Assembly (NCBI GenBank): GCA_951406725.2
Contig: OX597841.1
Span: 13,578,001 to 13,642,000, forward strand
Reading direction: 5' to 3'
Length of the DNA: 64,000 nt
Origin: Octopus vulgaris
Taxonomy: Eukaryota
Shown: positions 52,173-64,000 of the stretch, piece by piece
How positions within the stretch are numbered: position 1 is the stretch's first letter
Layout: the number at the start of each line of letters is the position of its first letter
Notes under the pieces: model-generated
Told to the model about the DNA's origin: nothing
Databases searched by the model: none
What the model saw: only the letters and a program-made list of their open reading frames with translations
Made by a program: the position numbers and the translations under genes

Positions 52173-53530
52173 CCTGTCATCATTTCTCTGAACCACCCCT
52201 CCCCACTGGTGCTCCCCTATATTTCTGCACCCCCCCCCCACATAAAAAGCACCATCCGAACGTGGCCGATGCCAGACCCCTCTGGCACCTGTGCAAGTGG
52301 CACGTAAAAAACACCCACTACACTCACGGAGTGGTTGGCGTTAGGAAGGGCATCCAGCTGTAGAAACACTGCCAGACTAGACTGGAGCCTGGGGCAGTCC
52401 CGAGCTCCCCAGACCCCGGTCGAAACCGTCCAACCCGTGCTAGCGCGGAAAACGGACGTTAAACGATGATGATGATATATATATATATATATATATATAC
52501 GACAGGTTTCTTTCAGTTTCCGTCTACCAAATCCACTCAAAGAGCTTTGGTCGGCCCGAGGCTATAGTATTAGATACTTGCCCAAGGTGCCATGCAGTGG
52601 GACTGAACCCAGAATCATGTGGTTCATAAGCAAGCTACTTACCACACAGCCACACCTACGACTACATATACACTCCTACATATACATATATATATATATT
52701 TAACATTTGTGTGTCTGTGTTTGTCCCCTGCCATCGCTTGACAACTGATGTTGGCGTGTTTCCATCCCTCCATCCCTATAACTTAGCGGTTTGGCAAAAG
52801 AGACTGATAGAATAAATACTAAGCTTTACACAAAAAAAAAAGTCCTGGAGTCCAATTTATTCTACGAAATCCCTTTAAGACTGTGCTCCAGCATGGCCGC
52901 ATCCAAATGACTGAAACAAGTAAAACAAAATACACACACACACACACACACACTAATATACATACATGCACTATAACAATATGTTAGCTGACTCCACGTG
53001 GGTGGCCACTTCCAGCGTTGGCCTTCCTTCCTCGCCTCTCAAGACATTTATTGCTTTACAATCAGCTCCTTCTTCACTTTTATGACTCCCAAGATGTCAA
53101 CTCTCAAGATTTCTTTTTCTTTTCCTCATTATAAATCTTTTATACGATTTAATAAATTCACAGGTAGTTGCCATGACGTTTTATACTCCATCAAGGGGGG
53201 GCCCCAGGCCCTTGCCATACATGAAACGTACTCTTTACTCTTTTACTCGTTTCAGTCATTTGACTGCGCCCATGCTGGAGCATCGCCTTTTAGTCGAGCA
53301 AAGTGACCCTAGGACTTATTCTTTATAAGCCTAGTACTTATTCTATCAGTCTCTTTTGCCAAACTGCTAAGTTACGGGGACGTAAACACACCAGCATTGG
53401 TTGTCAAGTGATGTTGGGGGGACAAACACAGACACACACATACATATATGTATATATATATATATATACGACTGGCTTCTTTCAGTTTCCATCTACCAAA
53501 TCCACTCACAAGGCTGTGGTCGGCCCAAGG

Positions 53531-53836
53531 CCAGAGGCTGGTCTTAGCCAGCGAAAAATTGCGGAAAATCTTCAAATTCCTCCTGCTACTATTAATAGAA
53601 TTATAGTGCAATTCAAAAGCCAAGGGAAAGAATCAACAGATTCTTGTCCCAGCCGAACTGGGCTCTCAGAAGGGAAGCTTCACTGTCTGAAGAGAATTGT
53701 GGAAAACAAACCCTGTTCGAAGGCTTCTGACTTTAGAAGTTAGTCCAAGAACATGTGTTACATATCTGCATAAGCTTGGGTATTATGGACGAGCAGCTAG
53801 AAGAAAACCCTCTCCTTCAACCAATTAATATCAAAT
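53531..53836 (+). mobile_element. Tc1-like transposase N-terminal fragment (pseudogene)
   Basis: GLSQRKIAENLQIPPATINRIIVQFK...YLHKLGYYGRAARRKP matches the paired-like HTH and RxxRxKP motif of Tc1 transposases. The frame is disrupted. Confidence 0.75.
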
Positions 53837-54761
53837 AAAAGATTTCTTATTTCTTTATTGCCCACAAAACATAGAGGGGACAAACAAGGACAGACAGACG
53901 AATTAAGTCGATTACATCGACCTGAGTGCATAACTGGTACTTAATTTATTAACTCCGAAAAGATTAAAGGCAAAGTCGACCTCAGCGGAATTTGAACTCA
54001 GAACGGCAGACAAAATACCTATTTCTTTACTACCCATAAGGGACTAAACACAGAGAGGACAAACAGATTAAGTCGATTACATCGACCCCAGTGTGTAACT
54101 GGTACTTAATTTATCGACCCTGAAAGGATGAAAGGCAAAGTTAACCTTGGTGGAATTTGAACTCAGAACGCAAAGACAGACAAAATACCCCCAAAGCATT
54201 TTGCCCGGTGTGCTAACGTTTCTGCCAGCCCGCCGCCTTTTTTCAGTTTTTATCTACCAAATCCACTTACAAAACATTGGTCGACCCAGGGCTACAGCAG
54301 AAGACATTTGCCTGAGGTGACATGCAGTGGGACTGAACCTGGAACCATGTATTCGGGAATTAAATTCCTTGACACGCAGCCACAAGAGGCCGAAATAAAG
54401 TATGTCAGACAGGTGAAGGGGCAGAGAGAAGGATTAATTAAGTCACAATACATTTAAATACAATAAATATTAGATGAGGTAATTAAACAAATATCTTAAG
54501 TTGCACAATAATTAATAAACCTGGCTTCTACATAATGGCAACGCAATTTAATATAACGACCTTTTGTCTTTTACACGTTTCAGTTTGGACAGCGACCATA
54601 CTGGAGCGTTTAAGAAAGAATAAAGGTACAGTACCTGTTCTGTTTTGACTGTTTAGATGAAACACTAAGACTTAGTTACAGGGATGTAAACAGACCAACA
54701 CCAGGTGTCAAGCAGCGCATGAGAACACACACACACATAAATGTACATATATGGCGATATC

Positions 54762-54882
54762 GCTTATGGTCATAGCACTTTGAATGCCCCAGTTCTCGTC
54801 TGGTTACCGGAGTTAAGCAACATTCCCGCCTAGTAACGACTTAGATGGGTGACCGCTTGGGAAAAACCTAGGCGCTGTAAGC
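54762..54882 (+). pseudogene. Diverged 5S rRNA copy
   Basis: GCTTATGGTCATAGCAC...GTTCTCGTC...GAGTTAAGCAAC...ACTTAGATGGGTGACCGCTTGGGAA...GGCGCTGTAAGC. About 120 nt with box A, box C and the terminal stem; no oligo-T terminator. Confidence 0.85.
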
Positions 54883-55184
54883 GTCTCACTTAAGGTGATG
54901 CTCCAGCATGGCCTCAAATGAGTAAAATAAGTAAAAAAAAAAAATGAAATAGAATAAATGGTAAAGACCCCCTTCAGTGGGGTTGCACCGAGAAAATTCC
55001 CCTCCGAGGCACAAGTCCAGGAGTGGCTGTGTGGTAAGTAGCTTGCTTACGAACCACATGGTTCCGGGTTCAGTCCCACTGCATGGCACCTTGGGCAAGT
55101 GTCTTCTGCTATAGCCACGGGCCGACCAAAGCCTTGTGAGTGGATTTGGCAGACGGAAACTGAAAGAAGCCCGTCGTATATATG

Positions 55185-55225
<41 letters not shown>

Positions 55226-55993
55226 ATTTGTATGCCTGTGTTTGTCCCCGATGCTGGTGTGTTTACGTCCCCGTCACTTAGCGGTTCGGCAAAAAGAGAC
55301 CGATAGATTAAGTACTGGGCTTACAAAGGATAAGTCCCGGGGTTGATTTGCTTGTCTAAAGGTGGTGCTCCAGCATGGCCGCAGTCAAATGACAAACAAG
55401 TAAAAGAGTAAAGAGAGTCCCCCATGCATACCAGCTTCCCTACTCCACACCATTATATGTACATAGGGTAAAGGATAAAAAACCCCTTCAGTCATGATCC
55501 CTGCGAGGTGGGGATGGATATTGTAGCAAGTGTCATTTCCACAACAATGCCATCACGGTCATATCTGTAGAGCACGACTAAACACATTATTACTTGCCGT
55601 TTGCTCTGCGGTGTACTCATCCACTTTTTTCTTTTTGTTATTAAATTGGGAAATAAAAAAATTGAGGATACAAAATTATTATTGTTGTTGTTGTTGTTAT
55701 TTCAAATTCCGCTCAGGTCGACTTTGCTTTTCAGCTTTTCAGGAAATTTGGCTGCTATTTCTACCAGGTCTAGCTATCTTGTAGAGGTCTCCCTCATTGG
55801 ATCATACATATATACATAGATAAGACAGTAGGGTAATTTAAGGGAGATTTAGCTGCTATTTCTACTAGGTCTAGCTTCCATTTAGAAGTCTCTGTCATTG
55901 GCTCTTACATACATGATTCGAGGGAGATTTGGCTACTATGCATACCAGTTCTAACAACCATACAGGGTCTCCCTCATTAGCTTATACATACAT

Positions 55994-56345
55994 AGATTAC
56001 AAGTTCAAGTTTATACCTGTAATTATTGGGGCCCTGGGATATGGTAACACACTGCCTAAATACCAATCTTGAGAAATTAGGCTTCTCACAACCAGAAAGG
56101 AGAAAGCGAATTCGAAAACTACAGATCCGATCCATCAGTGGAACTGTAAAAATCTGTAAAACTTTCCAGAAGTTTAGCATTTAAATATATCTGAATATAT
56201 ATGTCTAGATATGTAGCTATATGCATGAGAAGACATACATAAAGCAAAGCATACAAATCTGCACACATACAAACAAACAAACAAAAATATCCAGTTATTG
56301 AAATTCCAATGAAGGAGCCTTGGATCTGGGTTAGAAACCAGTTAC
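55994..56345 (+). mobile_element. 3' fragment of an RLE-type non-LTR retrotransposon
   Basis: DYKFKFIPVIIGALGY/VTHCLNTNLEKLGFSQPERRKRIRKLQIRSISGTVKICKTF (one frameshift), followed by a short 3' UTR. Confidence 0.7.
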
Positions 56346-57781
56346 TCTCTTTTCTCTTTTTACTCTTTTACTTGTTTCAGACATTTGACTGCGGCCATGC
56401 TGGAGCACCGCCTTTAGTCAAGCAACTCGACCCCGAGACTTATTCTTTTTGTAAGCCCAGTACTTATTCTATCAGTCTCTTTTTGCCGAACCACTAAGTG
56501 ACAGGGTACATAAACACACCAGCATCGGTTGTCAAGCAATGCTAGGGGGACAAACACAGACACACAAACACACACATATATATATACATACACATACACA
56601 TATATATATACATATATACGATGGGCTTCTTTCAGTTTCCGTCTACCAAATCCACTCACAAGGCTTTGGTCGGCCCGGGGCTATAGCAGAAGACACTTGC
56701 CCAAGATGCCACGCAGTGGGACTGAACCCGGAACCATGTGGTTGGTTAGCAAGCTACTTACCACACAGCCACTCCTGCGCCTCTATTGGCAAGAAACCAT
56801 GAAATAAAACTGAATGACATACATAAAGGTGTGATTTGGGGGAGATTTGGCTGCTATTTCTAAGAAGCTAGTCTTTATTATATAGAGAACTTATGATCAC
56901 AGGCGTTCCAGTGGTGGACATTTCGTCAGTCAATTAGTCACAACTTCATAATTAAGACTATTAATATCGTCTTTTTGTGTCACAGAAGCAGCCAAGCGTA
57001 AATATTTGAGAAGCAGGAAACATACATAAATACGTGTGTGTGTGTGTGCACACGCACGTGGTAAGTAGCTTGCTCACCAGCCACATGGTTCCGGGTTTCG
57101 TCCCACTGCGTGGCACCTCGGGCAAGTGTCTCTTCTACTATAACCCCGGGTCGACCAAAGCATTGCAAGTGGATTTGGTAAAGGGAAACTGAAAGAAGCC
57201 CGTCGTTAATGTGTGTTTGTTCCCCCCCGACACCTTCGATGCTTGACAACCGATGCTGGTGTGTTTACGGGGACGTAAACACACCAGCATCGGTTGTCAA
57301 GCGAGGGGGGGGTGACAAACACACACAAACATTGACGGGCTTCTTTCAGTTTCCGTCTACCAAATCCACTCGCAAGGCTTTGGTCGACCTGAGGCTATAG
57401 AAGATATTTGCTCAAGGTGTCACATAAATGATTTGAACTTGACTTATTCCATATAATAAAAATCCTTTCCTACAGCACCCCATAAAGAGATTATATATAT
57501 ATATATATATATATAAAGGGATTTGTATGATTGTGTATAGAGGGATATATATTACTCAAAGTAATTCCAACTCTGCTTTTTATGAGTTTTATTTATATTC
57601 TTTATAATATTAATGTAGAATATAGAATATATTGTATAAATAATATATATATATAGTAAAAAAGAAATGAAGTATTGATTGTCTTATTGAATAGATGAAA
57701 TATCGAATATCAAATATTAAGGGACTAGTATACTTTCTTGCATTAAAGCAGTCTTCAAGGTCCCAGGTTGTGACAGGAGTG

Positions 57782-57826
<45 letters not shown>

Positions 57827-58325
57827 TAAAAGAAATAAAACATATGCATATATATAAACATATATGTACGTACCTACCTCTACATGTACATATACACGCA
57901 TATATGAGTACAGGACACCAAAAGAACGTCGAACACAATGAGAAACGAAAACATAGACACAAACCAAAGGAACTGGACATTTATTTAAAAACAACAAAAA
58001 ATGGAGTACAGGACAGTTAACACAACGAAAAAACCCCTTCTTCAGTCGCTAAGGTTTCATCTACTCTACGTTTCGAAGGATAAAAGCGAGACGTATCTTC
58101 GACAAGAAACTTTCCTTCCTGCGAAAAGCAAATCAATTAAAATTCTGAGATCTTTTCGCAGAGGGGTAAAAAATGGTTAAAAAAATGGTAAAAAAACGAG
58201 ACAGTAACGACAGTACAAAAATATAAACAGTAAAAAAATTATATATGTAAACAGTAAAAAAAATATATATAACAGTAAAAGACAGGACAGGGAGAACGAA
58301 AAAAGTATTGCAAACGCTAATTTTT

Positions 58326-58368
<43 letters not shown>

Positions 58369-58835
58369 ATTATATGTATAAAAATACAAACTGGGACAAG
58401 AACGTAAAACATTTAGAAGACGATACAAAAAACACGGACGGGACATTCGAAGCCTTCAATCTTCAGTAAAGAACCGGATCATCCTCGCAATTTCGACTGA
58501 CATATATATATGTAGCAACCACAGCTCGTTTCCACCCACGAGGGATCGATGCAGGATGTGTCCAAACGAGCCTTTGTGAGCAAATAAAGTTTCGCATGCA
58601 TTGGGTTCCTGTCTCTAGATGTGTGTGTGACACACACACACACACACACATATATATCTATATATATATATCTATGTGTGTGTGTGTGTATAGCAAAAGA
58701 AGAATGTAAAGATGGATAGATATAAAGTGAAAACTAACTGACGTAGTGAATAAAAAAAAAAAAGCACAGTTTTTATACAAATAGTTTTTCCCATCTACAG
58801 AAATATATATTAACTGTATACACGTATAGATAAAC

Positions 58836-58867
<32 letters not shown>

Positions 58868-59022
58868 TATATAATCATGCCAGTCCTAGGGATGTTTGCA
58901 TCCAAGTTCTCCAGTTTATACCAGAGTTTATATACCAGGTGCGAACCTGCATTAGCTCCGTTCAAAGAAAATTAAATGTTTTAGTTTTGCATTGATGTAT
59001 ATTAGTATTTAAATATGTATGA

Positions 59023-59058
<36 letters not shown>

Positions 59059-60254
59059 ATGTAGATTTATACATAATTCTCCTTATCTAACAGGTTATGT
59101 ATATACACAAACTTTATATAACTGCAGAAAGGGTATGTGTATATGTATGTATGTATATATATATATATATATACACACAGCAAGTATATTAATTATAAAA
59201 AGATTATATACCTGGATAGATTTTTTTCCTTCATCTAAAATTATAGATCTTTACTAATATAAACGAACCCTCTAAACCATTATACACACGCGAAGGTATG
59301 TTTAATACATAGAGTATATATATATATATAATAGTGTAATAAATAAAATATATGCATACATACAAACATATGTATGTACCTACATCTACATGTATATATA
59401 CATGCATATATAAATATATATACGTGTGTACAGGACACCATATATATATATGTGTGTGTGTGTGTGTGTATATATATACATATAAAGAATAAGATAGCTA
59501 GATATATTCTTTTCTCAATTAAAAATTTACAAAGACTATATATAACAGATATATTAATTATAAGACTTCGGAAGAAGACCAGATATATATAATTAATACA
59601 TACACAAAAGTTAACCCGTTAAAAATACACACACACGTACATATACACCCTTCATACATTTAGAAAAAAACAGGTGTATGTTTATAGAAAGAATAAGACC
59701 AGGTACTTAAATTATCCAAGATAGTTTTTGTAAGGTAACGAAAATTTTAAAAGTATGTATTATGTCTAAAAGTCAAAAATGTAGTAAAATACCTCGTTTT
59801 GCCCCACCCCCAGTATATAATATGGAACAAGTATATTGATTATATACAAAATAAGTCCAGGAAATTAGATATATATATTTTTTTTTTCTCAATTATTTAA
59901 CTCAGTTATAAGCTAATATATACACACACATCTCTAGGTAGGGTTTATATAACAAAAAACCGACATTGCTAATATATATACACACATGCAAATCCATTAT
60001 ATATACACTACACCCACAAACGTACACCTGTATAAACTTTACACACCTTTATATAGGGTATATACAATAGAAAACGACGATATATGAAGAATATAACGAG
60101 ACAGCAAATATCTGACATATACACACACATTTATATAAACTTTGTACATCCAGAGGATATATATATATATATATATATATATCTAAATAACGGTACTAGA
60201 ACCGTAAGATCGCCAAGCCAATTTCTATAATTCTTATTACCCTAATATTATTTA

Positions 60255-61868
60255 TTATATACACACACACATAAATATATATACACACACACATATATAT
60301 ACACACACACACACACATTTATATATATATACACACACACACATTTATATATATATACACACACACATTTATATATATATATATACACACACACATTTAT
60401 ATATATATATATACACACACACATATATATATATATACACACACACATATATACACATATATATACACACACACATATATACACATATATATATACACAC
60501 ACATATATATATACACACATATATATACACACATATATATATACACACATATATATATACACACACATATATATATACACACATATATATATATACACAT
60601 ATATATATATACACATATATATATACACACACATATATATATACACACATATATATATATACACACATATATATATATATACACACATATATATATATAT
60701 ACACATATATATATATACACACATATATATATATATACACACATATATATATATACACACATATATATATATATACACACATATATATATATATACACAC
60801 ATATATATATATATACACACATATATATATATATACACATATATATATATACACACATATATATATATACACATATATATATATATACACATATATATAT
60901 ATATACACATATATATATATACACATATATATATACACATATATATATACACATATATATATATACACATATATATATATACACATATATATATATACAC
61001 ATATATATATATACACATATATATATATACACATATATATATACACATATATATATACACATATATATATATACACATATATATATATACACATATATAT
61101 ATATACACATATATATATATATACACATATATATATATACACATATATATATATACACATATATATATATACACATATATATATATACACATATATATAT
61201 ACACATATATATACATATATATATATACACACATATATACACACATATATATATACACATATATATACACACATATATATATATATACACACATATATAT
61301 ATACACACACATATATATATACACACATATATATATACACACACATATATATACACACACATATATATACACACACATATATATACACACACACACATAT
61401 ATATATACACATATATATATATACACACATATATATATATACACACATATATATATACACACATATATATATATACACACATATATATATATACACACAT
61501 ATATATATATACACACATATATATATATACACACATATATATATACACACATATATATATACACACATATATATATACACACATATATATATATACACAC
61601 ACACATATATATATACACACACACATATATATATACATACACACATATATATATATACACACACATATATATATATACACACACATATATATATATACAC
61701 ACACATATATATATACACACACACATATATATATACACACACACATATATATATATACACACACACATATATATATACACACACACACACACATATATAT
61801 ATATACACACACATATATATATACACACACACACACATATATATATTATATACATATATATATATATA
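60255..61868. repeat. 1.6-kb compound (TA)n(CA)m array
   Basis: Direct inspection. Confidence 0.98.
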
Positions 61869-62183
61869 CTAGGAACCGGAGGCTGTACCTCATGAAACAC
61901 GTGTTGCTTAGTAATAAAACAGTAGGTATTTAAAATAAAAATTATTTTTATATGGTGAGACGAAGGGGCCTACTATCCCTAAATTAAAATATATTTCTTC
62001 ATTGAGAATAATTTGAACCCCTATTAAGCCAGAATTTTCTATTCCCTAACAAATAAAATTTATATATATATATATATATATAATATTAAACATACATTGA
62101 GTACATATATATGCGCACTTGCTAATTAATTATTTGTCTCAATTATAAACCAAACGGGCTCACAAATACTTATATATACTCAC

Positions 62184-62380
62184 CAGATCTTAAACCTGTC
62201 AACGTCTTGCGGCCCAAGCGACGAGGTGTGTGTGTGTCCTCGGTCGGGGAATCAAATAAGTTGAATCTTAAAGAAAGCAGGTTGCTCTCTTCTCCTCCGC
62301 GAGAAGACTTGTTCTTACTTGTTACCTGTTTGCGCGCACCTTGCTTCCTGCCTTGGCGACTGACTAATGAAACATACCAA
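62184..62380 (-). other. Candidate first exon of a minus-strand transcript
   Basis: Locally CpG-rich unique sequence ending on the minus strand in CTG|GTGAGT (donor at 62183). Confidence 0.45.
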
Positions 62381-62421
62381 CGCAGCAGCAATAATAATAA
62401 TAATAATAATAATAATGATAA

Positions 62422-62769
62422 TAATAGGCAATCTTTCGTCTCTAGTAGACCTTTCCGTCGATTTCCGTAAAAAAAATTTTTTTTATATATATAGGCTTGC
62501 GGGAACTTTTGAAGTAATGAGAGCGAAGGAGACTAAGAGAAAGCGATTGTATGACGAGGGAAGTTCTTTTGAAGTTACCGTATCGCCGCATGGGCAATCT
62601 TTCGTCTCTAGTAGACCTTTCCGCCGATTTCCGTAAAAAATTTTTTTTCTTTTTTTACATATGGGCTTGCGGGAACTTTTGAAGTAATGAGAGCGAAAGA
62701 GATTAAGAGAAAGCGATTGTATGACGAGGGAAGTTCTTTTGAAGTTACCGTGCATGTGAAGCATTGACG

Positions 62770-62811
<42 letters not shown>

Positions 62812-63100
62812 ATGGGGTGTGGGAGACAGGCAGTATGTTGTGTAAGTGAAGTGCTTCTGTTAGTGTGTGTGAAGAGACAGAGAGAGTAATGTGTGAAAGA
62901 GAGAGATAACTGAAATTTTTTACTCGGTGTATGTGTATATGTATGTATGTATGCATGTATGTGTGTGTATGTATCTATGTATGTGTGTATATGTATGTAT
63001 ATTACTTCAAAAGTTCCCGCAAGCCCATATGTAAAAAAAAAAAAATTTTTTTACGGAAATCGACGGAAAGGTCTACTAGAGACGAAAGATCGCCTAATAA
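62422..63100. repeat. Tandem (about 165 bp x2) plus inverted repeat cluster
   Basis: 62425-62590 is repeated at 62593-62750, and its first part is inverted at about 63001-63097. Confidence 0.85.
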
Positions 63101-64000
63101 TAATATTACTACTAATATGTATTTGGACTCAAACATATATTTCCATACATTCTTTTATTCCGTTCTATGCTTTTTTCTATATCCGGACTGCGGCCATGCC
63201 GGAGCACCGCGCTGAGAAAAAAGTTTTCGTCGAACGAACCGACCCCCAGTTTTATTTATTCATTTTATCATTTTATTTTATTTTTTTGTTATGTTTATCT
63301 AATTGATTTATTTTCTGAAACTTGGTAAGTTTTCTAACCGGTCTCTTGTGACTGGGACGTAAACAAACCACCACCGGTTCCAAGCGATAGAGAGGGAGAA
63401 AACACACACACGCGCGAGCTCGCATAGCTAGATACATACATACATTGGTTTAAAATTTTGGCACAAGGCCGGCAAGTTTTTTTGGGGGGGGGCTAGTTGA
63501 TTACATCGCCCCCAGTATTTAACTGGTATGTTTATTGTTATTGAGTTCAAATTCCGCTGAGGTTGACTTTGTCTTTCGTCCTTTCGGGGTCGATAAATCA
63601 AGTACCAGTTACGCACTGGGGTCGATGTAATCGACTTAATCCCTTTGTCTGTCCTTGTTTGTCCCTTCTGTGTTTAGCCCCTTGTGGGCAATAAAGAAAT
63701 AAAAAATGAAAAAAAAACTTTATTGTTATTGACCCCCGAAAGAGCGAAAGGCAAAACCGATCTCGGCGGAATTTGAACTCAGAACGTAGCGACGGGCGAA
63801 ATGCTGCCAACTATATAACATACACACGTTTTTTTATCTTTTACTTGAATTCAGTCATTTAACTGCGACCCTGCTGGAGCATCGCCTGGAAAGCTTTACC
63901 CAAAGACATCGAATCCAGTACTCATTATTTTCAAGTCTGGTACATATTGTATCGGTTTCTTATGCCGAACCACTAAGTTACGGGGATGTAAACACACCAA

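Noticed and set aside
52998-53230. Possible L1/Tx1-like LINE remnant on the minus strand
   Set aside because: Too degenerate (multiple stops) to assign by eye.
60248-61900. 480-550 aa Y/I/C/V/M-rich ORFs
   Set aside because: Translations of the TA/CA microsatellite. The same applies to ORFs at about 7.5-8.0, 29-31 and 34.2-35.0 kb.

Overview
This is AT-rich, repeat-dense animal genomic DNA. The SINE/LINE families and microsatellite load point to an octopus (coleoid cephalopod), which is an inference. The only well-supported protein-coding feature is the 3' end of a talin gene on the + strand: six GT-AG exons from 22479 to 28493 encode the R13 (I/LWEQ, THATCH) actin-binding domain and the dimerisation helix. 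The preceding 22 kb or more behaves as one large phase-1 intron at the R12/R13 junction. It holds at least five frame-preserving candidate micro/cassette exons (15, 15, 12, 42 and 63 nt) that join stop-free onto the first constitutive exon; this is the most interesting signal. The rest of the window contains three tRNA-headed SINE families, 3' fragments of CR1-like, RTE and RLE-type LINEs, and a Helitron. It also has piggyBac-, hAT- and mariner-type MITEs, a Tc1 fragment, and Penelope-like hammerhead motifs sitting in fold-back repeats. Other features are a 5S rRNA copy fused to a LINE-type tail, a 2.1 kb two-unit minisatellite, large TA/CA arrays, a 100-N gap, and a possible spliced non-coding transcript on the - strand. 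Nearly all ORFs in the supplied track are repeat artefacts. Coordinates were read by eye, and repeat boundaries are approximate.
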